In this document: piece after piece, positions 28,212 to 38,042 of the stretch
Numbering within the stretch: the first letter of the stretch is position 1
How the letters are laid out: each line of letters starts with the position of its first letter
Program-made: the position numbers and the translations under genes
Notes under the pieces: model-generated
The model's database searches: none
What the model saw: the letters and a program-made list of their open reading frames with translations, nothing else
Told to the model about the DNA's origin: nothing
Assembly: GCA_965203905.1 (NCBI GenBank)
Contig: CBDBDQ010000005.1
Coordinates: 5,312,001-5,376,000 of the forward strand
DNA: 64,000 nucleotides
Source: Spirochaetia bacterium
GTDB taxonomy: Bacteria > Spirochaetota > Spirochaetia > SZUA-6 > Bin103
Direction: 5' to 3'

Positions 28212-29462
28212 TCATGGCGGCCGCCGAAACTGCTTCTCCGGGGCTTGGTTCGCCGGCGTGACCCGGGCACGGTTGTGAGCAGCGCAGAGTAGACGCAAGT
28301 TGTCGGCGCTTGCCGATCCACCTGTCGAATACGGCTGAATGTGATCGATCTGAACCAGGTGCCGCGATCCGCAGCACCGGCCGGACTCCGGATCCCGGTA
28401 GGTGCACCGCCCACGATCTCGCAACCAGATGTGCCGTCTGACCGCTGCCGGAACCGTGCGCGTCACCGTCGCTGCCGGGCGACGGCCGTCTGAGCCACGG
28501 CTGCACTGCGAAGAAGCATCGCTGCGCTTTTGCGCAAAAGCGCGGCGTGCGTCGGCATCTTTGCGCTGCCGTTCGGGCGTGTCAGGTGGGCCAGTCTCGG
28601 TTGGCGAGGCAGACGACGCGGCCGACTTTCGCCTGCGCCGAACCGGCTGTCGCGCCGGGTCGTACTTTGCCACGGCGTCCGCCACCAGCCTCTGCAGGAG
28701 TTCGCCGTGCTCCATCGCCGGGTTGACGTGCGACAGCCATTGGCGGAGTTGCTCCAGCCCGCGCCGGCACTCTCCATCGACCACCGCCTTCAGTTCCCAC
28801 CGGTCGTGTCCCAGCGCCCGCAGCCGCTCTCGCGGTCGTATCAGATCCGGATCGAACTCTGCGATCAGCTCGTTCACCTGCCGCGTCGTCTTGCCCCGCG
28901 CCCGCTCGATCAGGTCCCGCTTGACTCTGTCGCTCAGCGGCGTTCCGGCCGACTCGGCCGGCATTGATGCTTCCAAGTCGGTGCCGAGGGCCCGGGCCGC
29001 TTTCGCGGCGTCGCCCGGCGGCAGCGCAGCGGACGCCTCAGCGACGCCATCCGGCTGCCGGCCTCCCGCTCCACTCTTGCGCTGCTCCCGCACCAGTTGC
29101 CGATGCCGCCGGTCGTGGCGGTCGAAAGCGCTCTGGAGGGATCCCATGGAGGTTATTGACAGTTCCCCGTCCTGGAGGTCCTGCTTCAATTCCGGGTATT
29201 CGGTACACAGCTTCAGCGCCTGGATCCGCTGGTAGGCGGAGCCCTCGCCGAACCCCAACTCCTTCACCGCGTAGTCGAACAGGCCCGAGAACCCGGCCCG
29301 AAGATGCAGGCCGCGAGCGGCGATTTCGCGGAGATGATCGATGATCTGGGTGTTGATCCAGCGCTCCTGACGCGCAAGCTCTTTGATGTTGGCGAGCAGT
29401 TGCTGGTCGTTTAGGCGCGACACGTCGAGCGTCCCTGTGATAGTCATCACTGTCGTCGTCAT
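28212..29462 (-). CDS. HNH endonuclease (DUF222-related N-terminus, zinc-finger HNH C-terminus)
   Basis: GFSGLFDYAVKELGFGEGSAYQRIQA; VRRHIWLRDRGRCTY..C....QIDHI.P...GG....NLRLLCAAHN. Confidence 0.88.
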   Translation of the reverse strand: MTTTVMTITGTLDVSRLNDQQLLANIKELARQERWINTQIIDHLREIAARGLHLRAGFSGLFDYAVKELGFGEGSAYQRIQALKLCTEYPELKQDLQDGELSITSMGSLQSAFDRHDRRHRQLVREQRKSGAGGRQPDGVAEASAALPPGDAAKAARALGTDLEASMPAESAGTPLSDRVKRDLIERARGKTTRQVNELIAEFDPDLIRPRERLRALGHDRWELKAVVDGECRRGLEQLRQWLSHVNPAMEHGELLQRLVADAVAKYDPARQPVRRRRKSAASSASPTETGPPDTPERQRKDADARRAFAQKRSDASSQCSRGSDGRRPAATVTRTVPAAVRRHIWLRDRGRCTYRDPESGRCCGSRHLVQIDHIQPYSTGGSASADNLRLLCAAHNRARVTPANQAPEKQFRRPP

Positions 29463-29487
29463 CGGATACCTCTGCCGTAATTTGTTA

Positions 29488-29697
29488 TGACGTAATTATA
29501 CACATGGATTCCTCGGTGCCACTTTGGAGAGTTCCCGGAGCATCGGGCACCAAGCGCGTAGCAACGTGCCAGGGCCTGTTGATGGCTCTTGGAGAGTGCA
29601 AGTGGGGTTCCGGAAACCAAACTGGACCACAAGGCCGTCATGGGGCCGGGACGGAAGGGACAAACTTGCGTCAAGTGTTTTCTTCGAATTTCTTTGG
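29488..29697 (-). promoter_or_regulatory. Conserved ~210-nt leader of the HNH gene (candidate ncRNA or element end)
   Basis: A-tract plus TTGACG (29674), TGTGTATAAT (TATAAT at 29500), 9-bp stem at 29512-29554; aligns by eye with 40999-41195. Confidence 0.55.
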
Positions 29698-29823
29698 TTT
29701 TGTTCGAAAATACTGAAGTTGCCGGTGGCCAACCGGGCGTTGCCGGCACGTGCCTCTCGAATTGGCAGCGCGTTGCGCGCGACGACCCGGCGCGCTTGCA
29801 GCAGGCTGGCGCCCGCGGATCCG

Positions 29824-31029
29824 TCAGGCGAAGCCGATGCAATGCAGCGGGACACGGTGGCCCGGGGTGTAGTCCTGGTCGTCAGCATGGAACAGCACCA
29901 CCTTGCGGTCGTAGGTCAGGCCCTTGAACTGGGAGCGTCCCTTGCTGCGGCCGCCCACCTCGATGACGTGGTCGCGGCCGTCGAGAGCGACCACGAAGTC
30001 GGGAGTCTTGGCGCCGCGGGTCGACTTGGCGTAGCGAAACGGCATCCCATGCTGAGCCATCGCCAGGGCGAAGAAATCCTCGCGCAGTGCTCCGATGCAG
30101 TCCTCGTAGGAGCGGTACAGGAGCCGGTAGGGGGGCTCCATGAAGACCTTCGGCTCGCGCAGGACGTTGGCGCCCGCGGGAAACGCCTGCCGCAGCAGAA
30201 ACGCCCGTTCGAGGGCACCGACGTACTGCGCCGCCTTGTACTTGGTGATCGCCAGGTTGCGCGCCAGCGAGGTGTAGTTGATGCCGTCGATGGGCGAGCG
30301 ACCGACGAACTTGAGGAGTTGCTCGATGTTGGCGAGGTCCGCTCCGGTGAGATTGGGATCGTGCGCCGGCAGATCACTGCGGATCACCTTCTCGGCGATG
30401 TTGCCGAACAGGTCGAGTCCATTGCCGGCCTCCAGCACGAACGGATAGAGACCGCCGGCCAGGTACTCCGTGAAGCGGAACGAGGTTCGCAGGTATGCCG
30501 CCGGGATATCAGCGCCCAACGCGGTGGCGAGCGGAAGAGATGGCAGGGGCTCGCCGCCGGCGAACTCCAGGAACTCACGGAATGCGAACGGCAGCAGCTC
30601 CAGGATGCGCACGCGGCGCGACAGGTCAGCCGCCGAGCCGTACAACGAGACGGCCACGGAGCTGGTGAACCAGATGCGCACCGGCAGGAAGTCATGGATC
30701 TCCTTGAGCTCGGCGGCGTAGTCGCGCAGGTAGTGAATCTCGTCGACGAAGAACGCTTGCACCCGGTACCGATCCAGGAACGAACGCACCAGGTCGACCA
30801 GTCGGTCGCCTCGATCCAGGGTATCCGCGGAGACGTAGAGTGCGTCCTTGGTACGCGCCCGCAACTGGCGTAACATGACGGTCTTGCCGGTCCCCCGTGG
30901 TCCAACGAGCGCAACGAACGGTCTGCCCGATGTCTGTTGGAGTTCCTGGAACAGGAGCCGGGTTCGCGGGTACCGGCGGGCGTCCCGAACGGCCAGCGCG
31001 TCGCGGTCCAGCAGGTGGTTTGCGTTCAC
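29824..31029 (-). CDS. AAA_14 / DUF4143 ATP-binding protein
   Basis: GPRGTGKT, VDEIHY, TSS....ADLSRR, GGLYP, and a C-terminal PD-(D/E)XK-like TPDFV..IEVGG; start codon uncertain. Confidence 0.8.
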   Translation of the reverse strand: MNANHLLDRDALAVRDARRYPRTRLLFQELQQTSGRPFVALVGPRGTGKTVMLRQLRARTKDALYVSADTLDRGDRLVDLVRSFLDRYRVQAFFVDEIHYLRDYAAELKEIHDFLPVRIWFTSSVAVSLYGSAADLSRRVRILELLPFAFREFLEFAGGEPLPSLPLATALGADIPAAYLRTSFRFTEYLAGGLYPFVLEAGNGLDLFGNIAEKVIRSDLPAHDPNLTGADLANIEQLLKFVGRSPIDGINYTSLARNLAITKYKAAQYVGALERAFLLRQAFPAGANVLREPKVFMEPPYRLLYRSYEDCIGALREDFFALAMAQHGMPFRYAKSTRGAKTPDFVVALDGRDHVIEVGGRSKGRSQFKGLTYDRKVVLFHADDQDYTPGHRVPLHCIGFA

Positions 31030-31165
31030 TATCGAGCACTTTAGCAAACCGCTTACCAAAATGATAGCCACTATAGACATCAATTTGCCAAAATGCGCGG
31101 ATGTCGAGCGGTATGCCGCCGTCGCGACGATTGATCCATTAGCGCAGTCATGTTCAAACTGCTGC

Positions 31166-31408
31166 ATGGTGTGGATGCAGATTCAGCTTCCGAATGCGCT
31201 GTACGAAGAGGCGAAGCGGGTAGCGCGCGAACGTGAGATGTCGCTGGCGGAAGTGGTGCGCCGCGGGGTCGAGTACATCACGCAGGTGTATCCGCCCCTT
31301 GGGAGCGGCGAACCGTGGCGCCCGCCGGCGCCCAGCGACGTTGGCCCCTTCAAGGCGCCGCAGGAGGATTGGCGTCGGATCGTGAACGATCCGGCGGAGT
31401 ACGATTGA
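31166..31408 (+). CDS. Ribbon-helix-helix antitoxin (CopG/VapB-like)
   Basis: QIQLPNALYEEAKRVAREREMSLAEVVRRGVE. Confidence 0.75.
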   Translation: MVWMQIQLPNALYEEAKRVAREREMSLAEVVRRGVEYITQVYPPLGSGEPWRPPAPSDVGPFKAPQEDWRRIVNDPAEYD

Positions 31409-31412
31409 CGCA

Positions 31413-31445
31413 GTGGTATCGATCGATACCAATCGGATTCTCGCG
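31413..31445 (+). pseudogene. First codons of a truncated PIN toxin
   Basis: GTG-GTA-TCG-ATC-GAT-ACC-AAT (VVSIDTN) 4 nt after the antitoxin stop; PIN proteins begin x-x-x-DTN; the rest is absent. Confidence 0.45.
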
Positions 31446-31518
31446 CGTGTGGAATCCCGCGGCAGTCGGCAAGAACAGTAACGAGAGCACGCCCCCGCGG
31501 TCGTAATAACATACGCCC

Positions 31519-33513
31519 ATGAGCGCGATCGAGATCCTGTGGGACGAGTACGGCATTCCGCACATCTTTGCGCCGGACCACCGTGGCCTGTTCTATGCCT
31601 ACGGCTACGCGCAGATGGAGGCCCACGGCGAGCTGCTGGCGCGGCTGTATGCGCAGGGGAGGGGACGTGCCGGCGAGTTCTACGGCCCCGCCTGGCTGGA
31701 GGATGACCGCTGGGTGCGCACCAACGGCATCACGCGGCGGGCCGCGCGCTGGGCCGCGCAGCAGAGCGCCGGGTTCGCCGCGTTGCTGGGCGCCTTCGTC
31801 GCCGGGCTGAACGCGTCTGCGACGGCTCAGGGCGAGTCGCTTGGTCCGGCGGCGCGCCGGGTGTTGCCGTTTACGGTGACCGACGTGCTGGCGCACACGA
31901 TGCGCGTGATCCACTTCGACTGGCTGGCGCGCCGGCAGCGAGTGGCACGCAGCGAATCGAATGGCTGGGCCATCGGCCCGTCCAGGTCCGCCTCCGGCCA
32001 CGCCATGCTGCTGAGCAACTCGCACCTGCAGTGGGGTGACCGCCACACCTACTTCGAGGTGCAGCTCTCGGCTCCGGGAGTGACCTCGTACGGCGCGGTG
32101 TGGGTCGGGTTCCCGGTGCTGCGGCAGTGCTTCACCGGGTACCTGGGCTGGACCCAGACCACCAATGGCCCCTACCTCGCCACCCTTTACCGGCTGTCCC
32201 TGAAGGGCGGAGGGTACGAGCTGGACGGGAGCGCGCAGCCATTCGCGGAGGAGCGCCAGGTGATCAAAGTGCTGCAGGAGGATGGCACGCTGCGCGACGA
32301 GCCGCTGACCATTCGCCGCTCCGCCCACGGTCCGGTGGTGGCCGAGGAGGAGGGTGGGGCGCTGGCGCTGCGGGTGGCGGGCACGGCCCGGCCGCGGATG
32401 CTGGAGCAGTTCTGGCGCATGGGGCTGGCGCGCGACCTGGAGCAGTTCCACGCCGCCATGCGCATGCAGCAGCTCCCGCTGTTCAACACCATGTATGCCG
32501 ACCGCGACGGGCACATCATGTACCTGTACAACGCGGCGCTGCCGCAGCGCGAGCCGCGCGACGCGCGCTTCTGGAGCGAGTCGGTGCCGGGTAACGACTC
32601 GGCACTGATCTGGTCCGCGGACGTGGTGCCCTACGCCGAACTGCCCAAGGTGATCGATCCTCCCGGCGGCTGGGTGCAGAACTGCAACGACTCGCCCTGG
32701 ACCTGCACCCACCCCATGGTGTTGGACCCCGCGGACTGGACCCCGCACATCGACCCCGAGCCCAGACATACGGCGCGCGCGCAGCGCAGCATCCGGCTGC
32801 TGTCACGGCCGGGCAGGATCAGCCTCGACGACCTCAAGGCAATGAAGCTGTCGACCCGCGTCGAGTTGGCCGATCACTTCGTGGACGACCTGGTGGCGGC
32901 CGCGCAACGGTCCGGCGGCGAGCGCACGCGCCGGGCCGCCGGCGTCCTGCAGCGCTGGGACCGCACCACCGAGAACGGCAGCGACGGCGCGCTCCTGTTC
33001 TACCGCTTCGTGGGCGCTGCCGGCGAGGACTTCACGGGCATCGGTGGGTACGGCGTGCCCCCGGATCCTGGGCAACCGCTGACCACGCCGCGCGGCTTCG
33101 CGGCACCGGAGCGGGCGGTCGCGGCGCTCGACGCCGTTGCGGAGGGCCTGGAGCGGGAGTACGGCACCCTGCAGGTACGCTGGGGCAACGTGGTGCGCCT
33201 GCGCCGCGGTTCGCTGGACCTGCCCGGCAACGGCGCGCCCAACGAGCTGGGGGCGATCCGCACCTCGGGCCTGGGCCCGTTCGCCGGCGGCAGCGCGGAG
33301 ATCGTGAGCGGCGACACCTTCTACGCCGTGGTGGAGTTCTCCGATCCGGTGCGGGGCGAGGCGCTGATCGGGTACGGCAACTGGTCACGTGCCGGGTCGA
33401 GGCACGTCAGCGACCAACTGGAGCTGGCCTCGCAGAAGCGGATGCGACCGATCCTGCGGCAGCGCCGGGAGATCGAGGCGGCCCTGGAACACCGGCAGGG
33501 ACTCCGCTACTGA
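31519..33513 (+). CDS. Penicillin/cephalosporin acylase family Ntn-hydrolase
   Basis: WDEYGIPHI, YGYAQ, SNGWAIGP (nucleophilic Ser), LLSNSH, HGPVV, FNTMYAD, QNCND. Confidence 0.9.
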   Translation: MSAIEILWDEYGIPHIFAPDHRGLFYAYGYAQMEAHGELLARLYAQGRGRAGEFYGPAWLEDDRWVRTNGITRRAARWAAQQSAGFAALLGAFVAGLNASATAQGESLGPAARRVLPFTVTDVLAHTMRVIHFDWLARRQRVARSESNGWAIGPSRSASGHAMLLSNSHLQWGDRHTYFEVQLSAPGVTSYGAVWVGFPVLRQCFTGYLGWTQTTNGPYLATLYRLSLKGGGYELDGSAQPFAEERQVIKVLQEDGTLRDEPLTIRRSAHGPVVAEEEGGALALRVAGTARPRMLEQFWRMGLARDLEQFHAAMRMQQLPLFNTMYADRDGHIMYLYNAALPQREPRDARFWSESVPGNDSALIWSADVVPYAELPKVIDPPGGWVQNCNDSPWTCTHPMVLDPADWTPHIDPEPRHTARAQRSIRLLSRPGRISLDDLKAMKLSTRVELADHFVDDLVAAAQRSGGERTRRAAGVLQRWDRTTENGSDGALLFYRFVGAAGEDFTGIGGYGVPPDPGQPLTTPRGFAAPERAVAALDAVAEGLEREYGTLQVRWGNVVRLRRGSLDLPGNGAPNELGAIRTSGLGPFAGGSAEIVSGDTFYAVVEFSDPVRGEALIGYGNWSRAGSRHVSDQLELASQKRMRPILRQRREIEAALEHRQGLRY

Positions 33514-34469
33514 CGCCGCTCCGTCAGCAGCCGCAGAAAGTCCGCCTCGTCACGGCATTCCAGCGCCGCCTGGACCAGCGCCCCGGTGGAGATGTTCCCA
33601 AGTTCCGGAAGGCGCCGGGACAGTGTTGCCGACACGCTCAGGCCCCGCGTATCGAGCACCTGCAGTACGGCTGCGCTCGCCGCTTCCACCCGGCCCTCCG
33701 TCCGGCCCTCCTGGCGCTCGGCGTGCAGGAACGGATCGTCATCCGGGCCCGTGCCCTCCGCGGCACCGAGCGCGCGCCCGATCCGGCGCAGGGCCGCCGT
33801 GGTTGCGCCGGACAGCTCCGGCTCGTTCAGCGCCAGGTGAATCTCCTCCGCCGTCCAGCCCGGGAACGCCCGGCTGGTCGGCGCGGTGCGAAAGCCCTCG
33901 TCTTCCGCCAACAGGTAGATCGTCAAGCCGGGTCGCAGTCCCGCCGGCCGGCTCGGCGTCGCCATGTCAGGCACTTCCACCCATACCTCGGGGAAGCCCC
34001 AGGACTTGTAGATGCCCAGCTTGCCGCGGCGTACGTCGGTGGTGTTGTCCACCTCCAGGACCACGTCCGGCAACTGGTCGCTGCCAACTTCGATCGCGGG
34101 GCCCCAGGGGCGCGCCGCGCGCGGCCGCAGGTACACGGTCTGATCGGCCTGCAGGATGCGCAGGTGACGCCCGTGCGCGTCGCGCACCAGGAGATCCGAC
34201 GCGCCGAACGTCTCGATCGGAGAGCCACGGGTCTGGGCGATGCGATCGATCAGGCGGACGAGGCGCTGCGGCGGGTGTTCGTGGTAGAGGCTGACCGAAT
34301 CGCACACCATTGCGACCTCGGTGTCGGCGCTCCAGTACTCGATGCGGCCTTCGTAGTCGGCGATCTCGTCGCGCGAAATGCGTACCGGCCGACAGCCCGG
34401 AAACTGTAACGGCTCCGGCTCGCCGTACTGTATCCGCCGCGGCATCGAGGCAACGCTGTATTCGGCCAT
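33507..34469 (-). CDS. Uma2/DUF820-like PD-(D/E)XK protein
   Basis: LPDVVLEVDNTT, KLGIYKSWGFPEVWV, SRAFPG; EGRTEG tail. Confidence 0.7.
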   Translation of the reverse strand: MAEYSVASMPRRIQYGEPEPLQFPGCRPVRISRDEIADYEGRIEYWSADTEVAMVCDSVSLYHEHPPQRLVRLIDRIAQTRGSPIETFGASDLLVRDAHGRHLRILQADQTVYLRPRAARPWGPAIEVGSDQLPDVVLEVDNTTDVRRGKLGIYKSWGFPEVWVEVPDMATPSRPAGLRPGLTIYLLAEDEGFRTAPTSRAFPGWTAEEIHLALNEPELSGATTAALRRIGRALGAAEGTGPDDDPFLHAERQEGRTEGRVEAASAAVLQVLDTRGLSVSATLSRRLPELGNISTGALVQAALECRDEADFLRLLTERRQ

Positions 34470-34558
34470 GGCGCGATTTTATCACAGTGGCCGGAGATCG
34501 GAGTGCAGTCCGGCCGGCCGGATACAGTGCGCCTTCGCGTGGTAGCATCGCGCGGCTT

Positions 34559-35818
34559 ATGAGTATGGAAACACCCCTCAAGCTGGCCCTGATCGGGGCC
34601 GGCAATCGCGCTTCGACCGTCTACGGTCCCGTCCTCCCTCACCTGAAGCGGTGGGTGGAGGTGGCGGCGGTATGCGATCCGGTGGCCGAGCACGCGGAAG
34701 CGCTCGCAGCTCGGCTCGGCGCGCGGCCCTTCACGTCGATTCGGGACCTGGTCGCGGCGGAGCTGGTGGAGGCCGCGCTGGTGGTGGCGCCGGTGCCGCT
34801 GCACCACTCGATATCGGTGTTCCTGGCGCAGCATGGCATTCATCACGAGGTGGAGACCTCGATCGCCAGCACGCTGGGGCAGGCGGAGGACATGGTGGCG
34901 CAGGCGCGGAGCGCCGGGATCGTGCTGCGTATCGGCGAGAACTTCTTTCGCTTCTCCACCGACCGCATCATGAAGGCGGTGGCCGCCAGCGGGGTGATCG
35001 GGGAGGTGCGCCGCATCCTCTGCATGTACGATCACACCGGGTACCACAACAACTCGCGCTGGATCGTATTCCACGAGGGACCGGCGCTCACCGCCCGTTC
35101 CTTCGCCCACGAGATGCCGACCGCGCCCTACAACTCGATGCCGCATCGCCATCACACCAGCGAGCGGTTCCACTGCAACGTGTTCACCTTCGCCGGAGAG
35201 CGCCTGGTGGTCGACCTGGCGGGCAACATCAAGGGCAACCTGGGGCGCTATCCGCGGCCCGGCTACACCGAGGTGGCCGGCGCCCGCGGCACCGTGGTGC
35301 AGGAGGCCACCGCCCAGTGGACCGGCCGCGCCGAGGTGCAGCGCTGCAGCGACCACGCGCTGCAGAACGGCGGCCGCGCCGACGAGGTGGCCCCGGTGGT
35401 GGAGGAGGTGGTGGACGACGTGTGGACCCGTTCCTACGTGGACGTCGCCGGCCACCACGTCGAATACGTCAACGAGTACCGGGTGCCGGCCGCCAACCAG
35501 CGCGCCTACTACGGTCCCTCGGTGGCCGGTCACATCGCCGACTTCGCGCGCGCGGTGTGGCGGGCCCGCGGCTCGCGGCAGGCCGCGGCCGAGCTGGAGG
35601 CCGCGGGCTTCGAGTACACCGACCAGGAGGCGCTGGCGGCGCTGTACATGGACGTCGGCTGCCACGAATCGCTGCGCCGCGGCGGGGTGGAGCTGAGCCT
35701 GCCGGTCCGTGGCGAGCTGGAGTCGGAGCGGGAGAGCGAAGCCACGTTCCGCGCCACCTACGGCGTCGATCACCTGGACGTGGAGGGCATGCTCGCGTAC
35801 AAGCATCCGCGGCCGTGA
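34559..35818 (+). CDS. Gfo/Idh/MocA oxidoreductase
   Basis: LALIGAGNRA, AVCDP, IGENF. Confidence 0.8.
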   Translation: MSMETPLKLALIGAGNRASTVYGPVLPHLKRWVEVAAVCDPVAEHAEALAARLGARPFTSIRDLVAAELVEAALVVAPVPLHHSISVFLAQHGIHHEVETSIASTLGQAEDMVAQARSAGIVLRIGENFFRFSTDRIMKAVAASGVIGEVRRILCMYDHTGYHNNSRWIVFHEGPALTARSFAHEMPTAPYNSMPHRHHTSERFHCNVFTFAGERLVVDLAGNIKGNLGRYPRPGYTEVAGARGTVVQEATAQWTGRAEVQRCSDHALQNGGRADEVAPVVEEVVDDVWTRSYVDVAGHHVEYVNEYRVPAANQRAYYGPSVAGHIADFARAVWRARGSRQAAAELEAAGFEYTDQEALAALYMDVGCHESLRRGGVELSLPVRGELESERESEATFRATYGVDHLDVEGMLAYKHPRP

Positions 35819-35852
35819 GCCGGCCGGCTGAATGCCGCGCGCCGGGACCCGC

Positions 35853-38042
35853 TCAGGCGTGGGTCAGGGTCTGGGCGTCAGCCAGGGCGCGCTGTGCCTC
35901 GACCATGCGCCGGTAGCGGCCGCCCAGGGCCAGCAGTTCGGCGTGGGTGCCCAACTCCGCGATCCGGCCCGCCTCCATCACCACCAGCCGCCCGGCGCGG
36001 CGCAGCGTTGCCAGCCGGTGGGCGATCGCGATCACGGTGCGGCCGGCGGTGAGTGCCGCCAGCGCGGCGTGGATGCGTTCCTCGGTTTCCAGGTCCAGGG
36101 CCGAGGTCGCCTCGTCGAGGATCAGGATGCGCGGATCGCGCAGGATGGCGCGGGCGATGGAGATGCGCTGGCGCTCGCCGCCCGAGAGCCGCTGGCCGCG
36201 CTCTCCCACCACGGTATCGAAGCCGTCGGGAAACCCCATCACGAAGTCATACGCCTGGGCGATGCGCGCCGCCTGCAGCACCTCGGCGTCGGCGGCGTCC
36301 GGCCTGGCGTAATGGATGTTGTCGGCCACCGTGCCCGAGAACAGGAACGGGTCCTGCAGCACCACGCTCACTTGGCGCCGCAGCGCGGCGGGCTCCAGGT
36401 CGCGCAGGTCGACGCCGTCCAGGGTGACGGCCCCGCCGTCGACGTCGTAGAGCCGCAGCAGCAGGTTGATCACGGTGGACTTGCCGGCCCCCGAGGCCCC
36501 CACCAGGCCCACCATCTCGCCCGCCGCGATGCGCAGCGAGAAGTCGCGCAGCACCGGCTCCCCCGGCCGGTAGGCGAAGTCCACGCCCGCGAACTCCACG
36601 GCGCCGCTCAGATCGCGGCTCACCGGCCGCGCCGGGGCCGTGATCTCGGGCTCCTGGTCGATCGCCTCGAACACGCGCTCGGCCGAGGTCAGCGCCTCCA
36701 CCAGCCGTTGCGGCATCTCCCCGGCCCACGCCAGCGGCTCCACCAGCAGCACCACGTAGGCCGCGAACTGCACCAGCTCGCCCACGCTCAGCTCGCCGGC
36801 GAGCACCAGGGCGCCGCCGACCAGCAGCACCAGAAGCTCGCCCAGGCGGGTAGCGAACTCCACCAGCGGTCCCATGACGCGCCAGATCTTCTGGTTGCGC
36901 ACGTCGATCACGTACTTGCGGGCGGTCCAGTGATGGTAGCGGGAGATCTCGGCCTGCTCGCGGCGGAACGCCTTGACCACGCGGATGCCGGCCAGCACGT
37001 CGTGCACGAAGCTGCCGATCTTGTCGTGCAGGCGGTGATGGGTGCGCTCCATCCAGCGCGCCAGCCGCCACACCGCCACCGCGAGCAGCGCCGCGAGCGG
37101 AATGGTGGAGATGGTGAGCAGTGCCAGCAGCCAGTTCTGGGCGAAGGCCACCGCGCATAGCAGCGCGAACAGCAGCACCTGGCTCACGCCGTCGGTGGCC
37201 CAGCTCTGCAGGAAGCGACGCAGGTTGGTGGTGTCGGCGGCCACCCGGTTGAGCACGTCGCCCGGCGGCTTGGCGGCGATGAAGCGCAGCGACATCGCCT
37301 GCACGCTGGCGTAGACCGCCTGCCGCAGGTCGTACACCAGCCCGGCGCTGAGCCGCGCCACGCCGCGGTTGCGCAGCACCAGGATTCCGGCCCGCAGCAC
37401 GTAGCTGGCCGCCATCGCCGTTAGCAGCCACGCTACCGGTCCCGGCTGGACGTTGCGCGGCACCAGCCAGTCGTCGATCAGCACGCGGGTGAGCTGCGGC
37501 AGCAGCAGGGTGAGCAGGTTGGCGGCGATGAACAGCAGCAGGGTCAGCAGCACGGTCCCGCGGTGGGGCCGGAGAAAAACCAGCAGGCGCCGCAGCACGC
37601 CGCGCGGGTCGCGCAGCGGCTCGGCCACCCAGTCGCGGGCGAAGCCGCCGCGCTGCTGCGCGGCCAGGCCGTCGGCCGGCGCGGCGTCCCGCTCCTGGTG
37701 CGCCACGCGGGCGCTGCCGTCGAGGGCGGCCGCCAGGCGCAGGTGGGCGCTGGCGTGGCGGCGGCTGAACCAGGCGAGGGTGCGGCCGGCGCCTCCTTGC
37801 GGGGTGACCAGGAACATGCCGGAGCCGGTCATTACCTGGGCGGCGAAGCGCTCGCCGGGGGTGCGCCTGTAGTGCAGCACGGCGCGCCCGCCGGCGACCG
37901 CGAGCACGCTTTTTTCAGTGATCACCAGGTGGCCGTCCTGGTAGCGGGCGCGTGCGTCGAGGTCCGCCGTCACGCAGTGCAGCGGCGTCTCGCTCGGAGC
38001 GGCGGCCGATACCGCGGCGGCCACCCCGGATGGCAGCGTCAA
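35853..38042 (-). CDS. ABC exporter permease/ATPase with an N-terminal extension
   Basis: GASGAGKST, LSGGERQR, ILDEATS, IAHRL; probable TTG start overlapping the DUF1854 stop. Confidence 0.88.
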   Translation of the reverse strand: MTLPSGVAAAVSAAAPSETPLHCVTADLDARARYQDGHLVITEKSVLAVAGGRAVLHYRRTPGERFAAQVMTGSGMFLVTPQGGAGRTLAWFSRRHASAHLRLAAALDGSARVAHQERDAAPADGLAAQQRGGFARDWVAEPLRDPRGVLRRLLVFLRPHRGTVLLTLLLFIAANLLTLLLPQLTRVLIDDWLVPRNVQPGPVAWLLTAMAASYVLRAGILVLRNRGVARLSAGLVYDLRQAVYASVQAMSLRFIAAKPPGDVLNRVAADTTNLRRFLQSWATDGVSQVLLFALLCAVAFAQNWLLALLTISTIPLAALLAVAVWRLARWMERTHHRLHDKIGSFVHDVLAGIRVVKAFRREQAEISRYHHWTARKYVIDVRNQKIWRVMGPLVEFATRLGELLVLLVGGALVLAGELSVGELVQFAAYVVLLVEPLAWAGEMPQRLVEALTSAERVFEAIDQEPEITAPARPVSRDLSGAVEFAGVDFAYRPGEPVLRDFSLRIAAGEMVGLVGASGAGKSTVINLLLRLYDVDGGAVTLDGVDLRDLEPAALRRQVSVVLQDPFLFSGTVADNIHYARPDAADAEVLQAARIAQAYDFVMGFPDGFDTVVGERGQRLSGGERQRISIARAILRDPRILILDEATSALDLETEERIHAALAALTAGRTVIAIAHRLATLRRAGRLVVMEAGRIAELGTHAELLALGGRYRRMVEAQRALADAQTLTHA

